Shown: positions 31,491-41,765, counted from the stretch's first letter. The stretch is DNA of 64,000 nucleotides from an uncultured Verrucomicrobiota bacterium (GCA_913047795.1 CAJWTS010000006.1:19363-83362), one strand, 5' to 3'. A program made the numbers and translations. The notes: generated by a model from the sequence alone, not told the origin.

Positions 31491-32852
31491 ATGAGAACAC
31501 AATGCCTCACTGCAACACTCGCGATAATACTGCTCGTCAGCCACGCACAGGGCGCCGTGAACGTCGGCTTCCGCGACGACGGCACCGGACACTACCCGAA
31601 AGCCGAACCGGTCACGACCTGGCAGGACGCGCAGGACGACAAACCCGCCGTCAACATCACCTGGAAGACCAAGTTGCCGTCGTGGGGCAATGCATCGCCC
31701 GTGCCGGTCGGCGACGCGATCTTCGTTTGCGCCGAACCCTTTACGCTGATCTGTCTTGATGCCGCAACGGGCGCCATTCGATGGCAGGCGACCAACGACT
31801 ACGCCACGGCGAAAAGTTTCGCGGCGCGCCTGGCCGACGCGGGCAAGGAGCCGGACAGCGGAAACCTGAACGAGGATCTCGCCAATATCATGGGGGATGA
31901 CGACACGTCGATGAACGTGGGGGAGTCGGGCGATGATTTACAGGCGATGTCCGCGGAGCTGAAGCCCAAGGAGCCGCCGCCCACGGAAACGTTGCCAGCC
32001 AAGCATGGCTCGACCGGCTATTCGTCATCCACACCGGTCTCCGACGGTAAGCACGTCTGGGCCGTCTTCGGCAATGGCGTTGCCGCCGCGTATAAACTCA
32101 CGGGAGAACGGCTCTGGATCAGGGAGATCGAACGTCCGACGCACGGACACGGGCACAGCGCTTCACCGCGCCTCGTGGGCGGACTGCTTATCGTGTCGGT
32201 GGTCAACGTGCATGGGCTGGATCCGTTGACTGGCGAAGAACGCTGGAAGGCTAAATCCGGCGCGCGTTTTGGTAGCCCGGTGGTGACAAAAATCGCGGAC
32301 ACGATCTGTCTCGTCACGCCCAACGGGGAGATCATCGAGGCCAAAACGGGCCGCGTGGCAACGACCGGCATGAAGGGCCTGACCTACAATGGCCCCGTGG
32401 TTGCGGACGGAATTGCCGTCTTCTTCAACCAGGGCGAAGCATCGGCGTACCGCCTGCCGACATCGCTTCAGGGTACGCCCAAGGCCGAACAGATCTGGAA
32501 GGTACCGGTGCCCAACGAGCGCATGTACGCTTCCCCACTGGTTACCGGCGGCCGGGTCTATTGCCTGGGTCAGAACGGGACCCTGACGGCGCTCGATCTC
32601 AAGACCGGTGAGATTACTTACAAGGAAAAGGCCGGCACGAGCGGGACGTGCTACTCATCCATCGCCGCCGCCGGCGATCAATTAATCATGGCCTCAGAGG
32701 GCGGCAGCGTCATTTTCGTCAACCCGGGCGACACGCTTGATGTCACGGCGCGCAACAAGATCGAGAAGCTGCGTTCCACGCCCGTGCTCGACGGCAAGCG
32801 CCTCTACCTGCGCACCATGAATCATCTCTACTGCATCGCGGCGGATAAGTAG
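31491..32852 (+). CDS. Secreted PQQ-like beta-propeller repeat protein (BamB-like fold)
   Basis: Signal peptide (MRTQCLTATLAIILLVSHAQGA). Repeated segments of the ...G.I.W...G.V.. type. GGGAGA RBS 4 nt upstream of ATG 31491. Confidence 0.65.
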   Translation: MRTQCLTATLAIILLVSHAQGAVNVGFRDDGTGHYPKAEPVTTWQDAQDDKPAVNITWKTKLPSWGNASPVPVGDAIFVCAEPFTLICLDAATGAIRWQATNDYATAKSFAARLADAGKEPDSGNLNEDLANIMGDDDTSMNVGESGDDLQAMSAELKPKEPPPTETLPAKHGSTGYSSSTPVSDGKHVWAVFGNGVAAAYKLTGERLWIREIERPTHGHGHSASPRLVGGLLIVSVVNVHGLDPLTGEERWKAKSGARFGSPVVTKIADTICLVTPNGEIIEAKTGRVATTGMKGLTYNGPVVADGIAVFFNQGEASAYRLPTSLQGTPKAEQIWKVPVPNERMYASPLVTGGRVYCLGQNGTLTALDLKTGEITYKEKAGTSGTCYSSIAAAGDQLIMASEGGSVIFVNPGDTLDVTARNKIEKLRSTPVLDGKRLYLRTMNHLYCIAADK

Positions 32853-32874
32853 AGTGTTCCGACCCTGATGCCGC

Positions 32875-33291
32875 TCAGGGCTTTGTCGTAATCGCGAAGC
32901 GCTCGATCCCCAGTTCGCGCAGCACGTCCAACACGTCGACCGTGATCTGCGTGGGACTGTCCGCATCCGCCTTGATCGCAACCGCTTGCACGCGACGCGT
33001 TGCGGTCAGCGCCCGCAGTCGTTGATAAAGCGCGGTCGAAGAGGGCACAAAGGTCTTCTCCATGGCCAGCTCGCCGTTCGCGCTGATCTCGATCACGACC
33101 GTGGACGATAGATCCAGGATCTCGGCCGGGTCGGCGTTGCGCGCCGTGGGCAGCTCGATGGGGAAGAACGTGTCCTCGGCAAAGGTCGTCGTGACGATGA
33201 AGAAGAGCAGCAACATGAAGATGACGTCGATCAGCGGGGTGATCTCGAGCTGATCCTCATCGTCCGCGATCGCGTCAGAGAGCCGCTTCAT
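32875..33291 (-). CDS. exbD: Biopolymer transport protein ExbD/TolR
   Basis: MKRLSDAIADDEDQLEITPLIDVIFMLLLFFIV, canonical ExbD N-terminus plus periplasmic domain. Confidence 0.8.
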   Translation of the reverse strand: MKRLSDAIADDEDQLEITPLIDVIFMLLLFFIVTTTFAEDTFFPIELPTARNADPAEILDLSSTVVIEISANGELAMEKTFVPSSTALYQRLRALTATRRVQAVAIKADADSPTQITVDVLDVLRELGIERFAITTKP

Positions 33292-34012
33292 TTTTCGTCC
33301 CTCCGCTCCTGGCGTGCAGGTACCCGTAACGGACCCGGTCGATGTCGGACTCGATGCTCTCGCTGAACCGTTGTACGCGGGACAAAAACGCGCGGCGCGC
33401 GATGATGCCTGGGATGGCGATGACGATCCCAAAGACGGTCGTGAACAGCGCGATCATGATGCCCTCGGCCATCTTCTGTTTATCGGGATTCAAGGAAACG
33501 CGAATTTCGTCGAATACCAGCACCATACCGACGACCGTGCCGAGCAACCCCAGCAGGGGCGCGATCGTCGCGATCGTGCCGATCGCCTGGATGTTGCGCT
33601 TCAAGGGCTTCAGGGCCAGGAGCGATGCCTGTGTCAGCGTTTCCTCCAGGGCGACCCCACCCAGGTTGAATTCGCGCAGCCCCTGCGCCCAGGCGCGCCC
33701 GACCGTGGTGTTCGATTGCTCACAATGCTTTTGTGCGCTTTCGAAATCCAGTTTGCCGGCCTGGTCGATCACCGTCTGCGTCAGCGATCCATCCAGTACG
33801 TTTGCTTCACGCAACGCCAGCGAGCGCTCGAAGATCAGCATCGCGAGGACCAGCGAGCAGGCCCAAAGCGGCATCATCGGCACCGCGTACAACTCCTCGA
33901 CGTGACTGCTCAAAACACTAGCGTTATCCGCGGCCTCGTCGGCAGCAACGCAGTCGCCGGGGGTCGCGTACAGGACGGCAAACAAGGCCAGCATTAACAA
34001 TTTATTTTTCAT
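33275..34012 (-). CDS. exbB: MotA/TolQ/ExbB proton-channel protein
   Basis: GTIATIAPLLGLLGTVVGMVLVF...IMIALFTTVFGIVIAIPGIIA. ATG overlaps the stop of the upstream 881-aa gene (ATGA). Confidence 0.8.
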   Translation of the reverse strand: MKNKLLMLALFAVLYATPGDCVAADEAADNASVLSSHVEELYAVPMMPLWACSLVLAMLIFERSLALREANVLDGSLTQTVIDQAGKLDFESAQKHCEQSNTTVGRAWAQGLREFNLGGVALEETLTQASLLALKPLKRNIQAIGTIATIAPLLGLLGTVVGMVLVFDEIRVSLNPDKQKMAEGIMIALFTTVFGIVIAIPGIIARRAFLSRVQRFSESIESDIDRVRYGYLHARSGGTKNEAAL

Positions 34013-36654
34013 CGTATCGGGGCGGCCGCCGTGGCCATGCGCTGCAGGGTCAGCACGGGTGCCGCCATTCTCATTTTGCACTCAACCGTGCGGTTTTTTT
34101 CGCCATATGGCGTGAAACGATCTTTGTACACGACCTCCAGTGTCCTTCCGCCATGAACCCCCAGCGTATTCGCGCGCGGCGGCTTGAAGGCGGCCTGGGT
34201 CGCGACCGACCCGCGGAAGACGCCCGTGTCCTCACCGGTCTCTTCCAATATGGCGTATATGTAAGAACGTGCGGACCTCTCTTTCACGGCGACCATGACG
34301 CGATCCCGGTGCGTAGGCAAGAGATTCATATCCTGGTCGGTGACTTCGATGCCGACCGATTGTCCGGCCTGGATCGGTTGCGCCGCCTTGGCCGGTCGAC
34401 GGAAATGGGTGAAACGGACAGTGGCATCGGTGCCCAGCAGAAGCACGTCGCCCCAGGTGTCCGGCTTGTCGAATGTCTGCATGTTTTTCGGCAGGGACCA
34501 TTGCTGCGAGATCTCGCGCGCGTAACCCATGTTAATGGAGATATTCATGGCCACGTACAGGCCTGCCCGAAGATGGGGGCGGGCCAATGCGGCCCGGCTG
34601 ACGAACCCTTCGACCGTGTACCCCGCGGCGTCCAGGCGTCCGGTTGCGAGTCCTCGCGCCCGGGCCGGGTCCGTCACCGTCTCGAGACGGTTCTCGTAGC
34701 GGCCCAAGCCGCGAAACCCGCGACCGACCTCGATGAACGTCTGTTGCGCTGCTCCGCGATACCCGAACGGCATCAGGCAAAATTGCTGTGCGTAGGGGCT
34801 GTGATGCATCGTGCGTTTTCGCAGGTTCTGCATGTCGATCCATACCTCGAAGCAATCGCCCTCCCAGGCGCTCGTCTGATTGGGCTGCACCTGTGTCCGG
34901 CCGGGGACGTGGTAGCAATAGTAGAACCCCGCGCGAGACCATCGCACCCACACCTGGATCCCGTCCTCGAGCGGAACGCCATTAAAGGTCCAGCGCATGC
35001 GGAAGGGATGACGCAAGGCACCCCAGTCGCCGAGGTCGCCGTCGATTGTAAGGGACGCGCGCTGAAACGCCGCCGCGCCAAAGGCCAGTGTTTCAAAGCG
35101 GGGCCGGCTAAGCTTACGTGTCCTGCCGTCGGTCGACGCGCGCGGCCGCTGTTCGCCGTCTTCGACGAAAACACGCTCGGCCAGTAATTTCGATGTCGCC
35201 GCGGCTCGCGACACCGCGACATCAGCCAGGTTCTCGACAAGGGCCGCGCCCGGCGGGACGTTGGTTTGCCGCCGCGAGACAAACGCGCGGTAGATGTCAT
35301 AGGTGTCATGGTTGACGCGCGCATAGCGGTTGTATCGGTCCTCGAATGCCGCATGGCCCGTGCTCTCGGATTCCCCGCCGGACGACGCGCCCGACTGGAG
35401 CTCGCTCAAGGACGTGCCTAGCGGTCCAGCCGGCATGGGCATGCCGTGGCCCGAATCCGGACCCTCGCCCTCATGCTCCACATGGGGCCCCTCTCCTTCC
35501 CCGAGTTCGCGTGTCGCCTCGTCGTAGGTCACCGTGGAGTGGCCCAGGCGAAAGGTCTGCGGCGCGTCGTCAAAGCGTGCCAGTTTACCGGCCAGCGTGT
35601 CGAGGCGCCGCAACTGCTCCGCGACACCGGGGGTCAGCGCGAGGTCGGCCACGATATGGCGGTAAGCCGCACGGATACTGGCGCGCGTGCTGGCGGCGCC
35701 CTTTGGCGCGACCCCTTCATAGACCGCGACGGCAACCCCCGGAAGATCGCCGCCGCGCGCGTCATCCAGGCGATGCGCGGCGGCGAAGGTGATAAACGCA
35801 TTGGAGACCGCCGGAGCATGTAGTGCGCCCTGCAGGATGTTTTCAGCCAGCACGTCGCGGATCGGCGTGGAGAGGCGACCGACAATCGTCATGTCCGACC
35901 ACTCGATCTTGAGGAGTTCTTCCCGGACCTTTGCCAGCAGCTGGCGATCGATATCTTCGATCCCCTTCTCGCGGAGCTCGAGATCCATGGCGCCCGAAAC
36001 CTGTCGCGCCAGGGGCGGCAGTGTGGCGGTGAATATCGCCGCGTGGGAGGGCATCGCCTTCCTTGTTCGCGCCTCCTGCGCGATCGCGTTGTTCAGGGAT
36101 GTCGCGATCAGGGGCGCGGTCTGGCTTCGCAGGGCGGCGCAGGCGCGCGCATCAAAGGCAGGCGCGAGCGTTCGGCGAATGTAGGCCGCGACTTCGCCCG
36201 CGATCATCCGCTCGGACAAGCGTGCCAGGTATTGCTGCAGGTTCGTTATCGAGTGTTCGAAAAACGGTTGCGCCAACGGCGAGATGGATTCCAGGGTTCC
36301 GGCCTCGCGGCGTGCCTGCGCAAGGAAGCGTTCGCTCTCGTTCCGGACCTGCACGCGCACATCTTCCGCCAGGGCGTCCTGCAGCAGCGTTTCCAGCTCC
36401 TCGAGAACGGTGTCGCTCAGCTCTTCCGCCTGCAACTCGTGCTCTTCCTGCCGAATGCGCTCCTCTTCTGCCGCTTGCGCCTCGCGCAGCTCCGCTGCGG
36501 CTTCGTGGCGACGCTCTTCGATCGTCTCTGTTTTCCGTTCCCCGACAAGCATCAGGCCGAAAACGATGGCGGTATGCCATACGAGTGACAAAACGATTGG
36601 CCAGTGATATCGCGGCTGAGACATGCGTGCCAATGATCGAGCCTTGCCGCTCAT
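34009..36654 (-). CDS. Large membrane-anchored protein: N-terminal TM, long acidic/coiled-coil region, C-terminal beta-sandwich (CBM9/DOMON-like?) domains. Translationally coupled to exbB-exbD; possible TonB-like energy-coupled partner.
   Basis: 881 aa. TM (WPIVLSLVWHTAIVFGLMLVG). EERIRQEEHELQAEE-type charged helix. C-terminal IDGDLGDWGALRHPFRMRWTFNG...CFEVWIDMQN block. Confidence 0.55.
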   Translation of the reverse strand: MSGKARSLARMSQPRYHWPIVLSLVWHTAIVFGLMLVGERKTETIEERRHEAAAELREAQAAEEERIRQEEHELQAEELSDTVLEELETLLQDALAEDVRVQVRNESERFLAQARREAGTLESISPLAQPFFEHSITNLQQYLARLSERMIAGEVAAYIRRTLAPAFDARACAALRSQTAPLIATSLNNAIAQEARTRKAMPSHAAIFTATLPPLARQVSGAMDLELREKGIEDIDRQLLAKVREELLKIEWSDMTIVGRLSTPIRDVLAENILQGALHAPAVSNAFITFAAAHRLDDARGGDLPGVAVAVYEGVAPKGAASTRASIRAAYRHIVADLALTPGVAEQLRRLDTLAGKLARFDDAPQTFRLGHSTVTYDEATRELGEGEGPHVEHEGEGPDSGHGMPMPAGPLGTSLSELQSGASSGGESESTGHAAFEDRYNRYARVNHDTYDIYRAFVSRRQTNVPPGAALVENLADVAVSRAAATSKLLAERVFVEDGEQRPRASTDGRTRKLSRPRFETLAFGAAAFQRASLTIDGDLGDWGALRHPFRMRWTFNGVPLEDGIQVWVRWSRAGFYYCYHVPGRTQVQPNQTSAWEGDCFEVWIDMQNLRKRTMHHSPYAQQFCLMPFGYRGAAQQTFIEVGRGFRGLGRYENRLETVTDPARARGLATGRLDAAGYTVEGFVSRAALARPHLRAGLYVAMNISINMGYAREISQQWSLPKNMQTFDKPDTWGDVLLLGTDATVRFTHFRRPAKAAQPIQAGQSVGIEVTDQDMNLLPTHRDRVMVAVKERSARSYIYAILEETGEDTGVFRGSVATQAAFKPPRANTLGVHGGRTLEVVYKDRFTPYGEKNRTVECKMRMAAPVLTLQRMATAAAPIR

Positions 36655-36751
36655 CCGTCCAGCCGATTCCTCGCGCGGCAGGGGGAACCCCTAGCCCGCT
36701 CCTCCTTCGTCTTGCCTTGACAATTCTGCTCGCTCACGAAAACTCTGCTGC

Positions 36752-37564
36752 ATGTCCGGCTCCCTCCCGAAAGCGAATGCGAATGCGGATGGCGACGCGA
36801 TCGTGCCGCTTTCCGAGGAGCAGCGCTATCTGTTCGACACCAGGGGCTGGCTGTGTTTTCCGGGCCTGATCGGCGAAGAAGAGCTTGGGCCGATGCGCGC
36901 GTTCTATCGCCAGCTCAAAGACGACCCGGAGTCCCTGGTCGAGCACGAGCGCACGACCATCGCGGGGCCCCTGCTGCGATCGATCGACCATCCCGTGCTG
37001 GTGGGGTTTCTTCAGGCGTTCCTCTCGTACCAGGCGTTGGCCGGCGAGTCCTGCTACGATTTTCGGCTCGAATCGAGCGCCATGTATTTCCGCCCCGCCG
37101 GCTTCGACGCCTTTCGGCCGCACGGTGGGCAGGGCATGTTCGGGCGGCCCATCAACTCGCATGTCTATCACGTGCTGCCGGGCCAGGCCTACGCGGGCCT
37201 CGTTCGCGTGGTCTGGGAGCTCAACCCGGTCCGCATGGGCATGGGTGGCACCAAGTTTCTTTCGGGCAGCCACAAGGCCGCATTCCCCATCCCTAAATCT
37301 GCGTCTGAGGATCGCCTCTCGCCGTTATGGGAGACGTACGAATGCCCGGCCGGCTCCCTGCTCGTCTTCACGGAAGCCATTTGCCACACGGGAGATCTTT
37401 GGGCCGACGAAGAGCACGATCGCATGGCCGTCTTCCGCTGCTACAACACGGTCGGCAGCAAATGGCACGAGTGGGAACCACCGGAGAAGCTCGTCGAAAC
37501 CATGCACCCGCTGCGCCAGAGCCTTTTCCGGGCGGTGCATTGCGAGAACAACCCACTATCGTAA
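36752..37564 (+). CDS. Phytanoyl-CoA dioxygenase (PhyH) family Fe(II)/2-oxoglutarate oxygenase, paralog A
   Basis: LSEEQRYLFDTRGWLCFPGL PhyH N-terminal signature. His/Asp-rich core. Confidence 0.7.
   Translation: MSGSLPKANANADGDAIVPLSEEQRYLFDTRGWLCFPGLIGEEELGPMRAFYRQLKDDPESLVEHERTTIAGPLLRSIDHPVLVGFLQAFLSYQALAGESCYDFRLESSAMYFRPAGFDAFRPHGGQGMFGRPINSHVYHVLPGQAYAGLVRVVWELNPVRMGMGGTKFLSGSHKAAFPIPKSASEDRLSPLWETYECPAGSLLVFTEAICHTGDLWADEEHDRMAVFRCYNTVGSKWHEWEPPEKLVETMHPLRQSLFRAVHCENNPLS
37504..37553. repeat. 50-bp perfect direct repeat, copy 1 (last 16 codons of PhyH paralog A)
   Basis: GCACCCGCTGCGCCAGAGCCTTTTCCGGGCGGTGCATTGCGAGAACAACC, identical to 41766-41815. Confidence 0.9.
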
Positions 37565-37811
37565 GCACAGACCCACGCGGTCCGCTAGTGCCCGCCCGCT
37601 GAATTTTCGTAGCTGGCGCCCTGTCCTTCGTCGCTACGGGTTGTCCGGCACGGCAAGCGAAGCACGAGGCAGGAATCTCCCGAATGCCGTCCCTTTTTTC
37701 CCTGCCTGCCCCCTAACCATGCTTGCCCACGTCTCGATTCCTGATTAGGTTGAACAGGCTTGTAATCATGAACCGTTACCACTCCATAGGGAGCAGGGGT
37801 CACCACCGGAC

Positions 37812-39635
37812 ATGGCGAAAAAGAAAGCCGCGCACAACTATGATGAGAGCAAGATCAAGACGCTTTCTTCGCTCGAACATATTCGCAAGCGCACGGGTAT
37901 GTACATCGGGCGCATCGGGGACGGCACCCACTACGACGACGGCATCTATATCCTGCTCAAGGAGGCCATCGATAATGCCGTCGATGAGTTCATCATGGGC
38001 CATGGCACCTGCATCGATGTGGATATCGACGGCACCGAGGTAACCGTCCGCGATTACGGCCGTGGCATCCCGCTCGGCAAGGTGGTCGACTGCGTCTCGC
38101 GCATCAATACCGGCGCCAAGTATAACGACGATGTGTTCCAGTTCAGCGTGGGCCTCAACGGCGTCGGGACCAAGGCCGTTAACGCGCTTTCCAGTGACTT
38201 CCGAGTGTGCAGTGTGCGGACCGAACGCTACGCCGAGGTAACCTTTAAACAAGGCCGGCTGGTCAAGCAGCAGAAGGGACGCGAAAAGGACGAAAAAGAC
38301 GGCACGCTGGTGCAATTTACGCCTGACCCGGAGATCTTCGGAGAGGCGGCTTTCGATGCCAATCACCTCGAAAAACGCATGCGCCTCTACACCTATCTCA
38401 ATGCCGGGCTGACCGTACGATTAAATGGGCGGCGACTGCTCTCGGAGGGCGGGTTGCTGGATCTCGTGACCGAAGAGAGCCAGGACGAGGCCGTCTATGT
38501 GCCCCTGCATTTCCGCTCAAAAACCCTCGAGATCGCGTTTACGCATACGCAACGCTTCAACGAAACCTACCTTTCGTTCGTGAACGGGCAATATACGAGT
38601 GATGGCGGCACGCATCTCAGTGCCTGTCGCGAAGGCGTACTCAAGGCGGTCAACGAATTTACGAAGAAGCGCTACGAGGGCGATGACGTGCGCGAGGGCA
38701 TCGTGGCGGCCGTCGCCATTCGCCTGCAGGATCCGATCTTCGAGTCGCAGACAAAGAACAAGCTCGGCAATACAGAGATTCGCGGCGAGCTCATGTCGCA
38801 GGTAAAGGACGCGGTCCTCGACCTCTTGCACCGCAACCCCGAGGCCGCCGAACAGGCCGCCATCAAGATCGAGGAGACGCAGAAGCTGCGCAAGGAACTG
38901 TTGTCCGTCAAAAAGATCGCGCGCGACCGCGCGCGGGCAACATCCATCCGCGTGCCGCAACTCAAGGACTCCAAGGAGCACTATGATCCCGCGAAGGGCA
39001 AGGGCGAGGAAACCATGATCTTCATCACCGAAGGCCAGTCGGCCGCCGGTACCATCGTGAGTTGCCGCGACGCCGCGACGCAGGCGGTATTCACGTTGCG
39101 CGGGAAACCGCTGAACGTCTGTGAGCTCAAGCGCGACGCGATCTATAAGAATGATGAACTATACAACTTGATGCGCAGCCTCCAGGTCGAAGAATCCCTC
39201 GCCACACTGCGCTACAACAAGGTCGTGCTTGCGACCGACGCGGATGTGGACGGCATGCATATCCGCAACCTGTTATTGACGTTTTTTCTGCGCTTTTTCG
39301 AGGATCTGGTTATCAAGGGCCACGTGCATATCCTTGAAACGCCGCTTTTCCGCGTGCGCAACAAGACGACGACCCACTACTGCTACTCCGACGAGGAGCG
39401 CGGGCAGGCGATCAAGGCCATCGGACGCGGGGCAGAGATCACGCGCTTCAAGGGATTGGGCGAGATCTCGCCCCATGAGTTCAAGGCCTTCATCGGCAGC
39501 GATATGCGCCTGTGCGAAGTGCGCGTGGATCAGCAGAACGACATCCCGGAGATCCTTTCGTTCTATATGGGACGCAATACCCCCGAACGGCGTGCCTACA
39601 TCATGAACCATCTCGTCGTCGAAGCGAGCACGTGA
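37812..39635 (+). CDS. parE: Type IIA topoisomerase ATPase/Toprim subunit (ParE/GyrB family, compact 607-aa form)
   Basis: RKRTGMYIG, VDNAVDE, DYGRGIP, GLNGVG, Toprim block EGQSAAG...DADVDGMHI. Confidence 0.85.
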   Translation: MAKKKAAHNYDESKIKTLSSLEHIRKRTGMYIGRIGDGTHYDDGIYILLKEAIDNAVDEFIMGHGTCIDVDIDGTEVTVRDYGRGIPLGKVVDCVSRINTGAKYNDDVFQFSVGLNGVGTKAVNALSSDFRVCSVRTERYAEVTFKQGRLVKQQKGREKDEKDGTLVQFTPDPEIFGEAAFDANHLEKRMRLYTYLNAGLTVRLNGRRLLSEGGLLDLVTEESQDEAVYVPLHFRSKTLEIAFTHTQRFNETYLSFVNGQYTSDGGTHLSACREGVLKAVNEFTKKRYEGDDVREGIVAAVAIRLQDPIFESQTKNKLGNTEIRGELMSQVKDAVLDLLHRNPEAAEQAAIKIEETQKLRKELLSVKKIARDRARATSIRVPQLKDSKEHYDPAKGKGEETMIFITEGQSAAGTIVSCRDAATQAVFTLRGKPLNVCELKRDAIYKNDELYNLMRSLQVEESLATLRYNKVVLATDADVDGMHIRNLLLTFFLRFFEDLVIKGHVHILETPLFRVRNKTTTHYCYSDEERGQAIKAIGRGAEITRFKGLGEISPHEFKAFIGSDMRLCEVRVDQQNDIPEILSFYMGRNTPERRAYIMNHLVVEAST

Positions 39636-41725
39636 ACGAAGATCAGCTATTCTTTGAACCCGCGGTGTCGTTGTCTACAACGGATGTCGACGATGCGGAA
39701 GGCCTGGCAGACACGCTGATCCCCGATGGCGATGGGGGTACCGGCGACAACGGCGCATCCGTCCCCGGCGATGCGACTCCGCCGGATGGGCCGCTGCGGC
39801 GGATGATCGATGATCACTTCATCCAGTACGCGTCCTATGTCATCCGCGACCGCGCCATCCCCGACCTTGCGGACGGACTTAAGCCTGTCCAGCGGCGCAT
39901 CCTGTGGTCGCTGCATGAGCAGGACGACGGAAAGTTTACCAAGGTAGCCAACGTCGTCGGCCATTGCATGCAGTACCATCCGCATGGCGATGGCTCGATT
40001 GCGGCTGCGCTGGTCGGGCTGACCAACAAGCTGACCCTGATCGAGGGGCAGGGCAATTTCGGTAACCTGCATACTGGCGACCCGGCCGCTGCCTCGCGTT
40101 ACATCGAATGCCGCCTGACCGGTATGGCGCGCGACGAGTTATTCAATGATCACCTGACGCGTCTCGTGCCGAATTACGACGGGCGCCGCAAGGAGCCCGT
40201 AACACTGCCCTGCAAGCTGCCGCTGCTCCTGTTGCTCGGCGCCGAGGGTATCGCCGTGGGGCTCTCCACCCGGATTCTGCCGCATAACCTGGGCGAGTTG
40301 CTCGAGGCCCAGATCGCGATCCTCACGAAGGAGCGTTTCCGCATTTATCCCGACTTCCGGCAGGGCGGCACGATGGATATTCGCGAGTACAACAAGGGCA
40401 ATGGCCGCGTGCGCGTTCGCGCGCGAATCGAACCGCGCGGCAAAGACACGATCGTCATCACGGAAATCCCCTTCAGCACCACGACCGAGTCGATCATGGC
40501 GTCGATCGAGGCCGCCGCGCGCAAGAAGAAGATCAAGATTCGCGCCATCCAGGATTATACCGCCGAGGCGGTCGAGATAGAGATTACCCTCGACGAAGAC
40601 CAGGAGCCGCAGCGCGCCATCCAGGCTCTCTACGCCTTTACGCAATGCGAGGTTCCGATTTCGGCGCGATTGATCGTTATCGACGATGGTAAGCCCGTCG
40701 AGATGGACGTGAATGCCGTCCTGCGTGATGCCACCGAACGACTGGTCAAGATCTTGAAACGCGAGCTGCAGTGGCGTAAGCGCGAACTCGAGGCGGACGT
40801 TCATAAGCGCACGTTGATCCAGATCTTTGTCGAGAATCGCATCTACAAAAGAATTGAAGAGTGTGAGGCCTATCCCGAGGTGCAGGCGGCAGTACGAACC
40901 GGGTTCGATCCGTTCGCCGCGCAGCTCACGCAGTCGGTCACCGAGAAGGATATCGAAATGCTGCTGTCGATTCCGGTCAAGCGCATCTCGCGTTTTGATA
41001 TCAAGCGCAGTCGCAAGGAAATCGGCGACCGCGTGCGCGAGATCGGCGAGATCGAGAAGAAGCTGGGTGCCATGACGCCGTACGCCGTTCAATATCTGCG
41101 CGGCATGATCAGGGCCTATGCTGGTGACGCCGTACGGCGCACGAAGGTTGAAACGTTCAAGGATGTCGAGATCCGCGATCTCACGGCCGAGGAGCTGACC
41201 GTTCGCTACGACGCCGCGACCGGGTACCTCGGCACGGGAATCAAGGGCGAGGACGCTGTCCTGACCTGCTCGTCGTACGACAAGGTGCTCTGTGTCTGGC
41301 CCGACGGACGCTACAAAGTGATCCCGCCGCCGGAGCGGCTGTTCGTCGAAGAATTGATTTATCTCGGCCCTGCCGAGCGCGATCGCGTGTTGACCATCGT
41401 TTTCACGCATGGCGACTTCACATTCCTCAAGCGCTTTAAGCTGGGGGGTACGATCATGAACCGGGACTACATGGCCGGTGGTGTCACCTCGCGGGTCCTG
41501 TACTTCTCCGACGCGTCACCGGAGACGCTCTACGTCAAGTATCACAAGGCCAGTCGCCTGCGCATCACCGAGCAGGAATTCGACCTGACCGCCGTCGTGG
41601 CGCGCGGCGCGCGCGCGCGCGGCAACCAGATGACCAGCAAGAAAATCCGCGTCATCACCGACGTGCGCCCGCGTGGCTGGAAAGACGATCCCGACCGGCC
41701 CCGCGGACGGTTCAAAAATTTCTGA
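39632..41725 (+). CDS. parC: Type IIA topoisomerase DNA breakage-reunion subunit (ParC/GyrA family, ~697 aa)
   Basis: MQYHPHGDGSIAAALV, AASRYIECRLT. GTG start overlaps the parE stop (GTGA). Confidence 0.85.
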   Translation: MNEDQLFFEPAVSLSTTDVDDAEGLADTLIPDGDGGTGDNGASVPGDATPPDGPLRRMIDDHFIQYASYVIRDRAIPDLADGLKPVQRRILWSLHEQDDGKFTKVANVVGHCMQYHPHGDGSIAAALVGLTNKLTLIEGQGNFGNLHTGDPAAASRYIECRLTGMARDELFNDHLTRLVPNYDGRRKEPVTLPCKLPLLLLLGAEGIAVGLSTRILPHNLGELLEAQIAILTKERFRIYPDFRQGGTMDIREYNKGNGRVRVRARIEPRGKDTIVITEIPFSTTTESIMASIEAAARKKKIKIRAIQDYTAEAVEIEITLDEDQEPQRAIQALYAFTQCEVPISARLIVIDDGKPVEMDVNAVLRDATERLVKILKRELQWRKRELEADVHKRTLIQIFVENRIYKRIEECEAYPEVQAAVRTGFDPFAAQLTQSVTEKDIEMLLSIPVKRISRFDIKRSRKEIGDRVREIGEIEKKLGAMTPYAVQYLRGMIRAYAGDAVRRTKVETFKDVEIRDLTAEELTVRYDAATGYLGTGIKGEDAVLTCSSYDKVLCVWPDGRYKVIPPPERLFVEELIYLGPAERDRVLTIVFTHGDFTFLKRFKLGGTIMNRDYMAGGVTSRVLYFSDASPETLYVKYHKASRLRITEQEFDLTAVVARGARARGNQMTSKKIRVITDVRPRGWKDDPDRPRGRFKNF

Positions 41726-41765
41726 GCCTGCCCACCGGCCGGCACGCTGCACATGCGCCGGAGGC

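Noticed and set aside
39512-39631. N-terminal 40-aa extension of the parC ORF overlapping parE
   Set aside because: A GTG at 39632 overlapping the parE stop (GTGA) gives a conserved-looking N-terminus. The extension has no support.
40139-41410. 423-aa minus-strand ORF antisense to parC
   Set aside because: Inside a conserved topoisomerase gene. Composition bias only.
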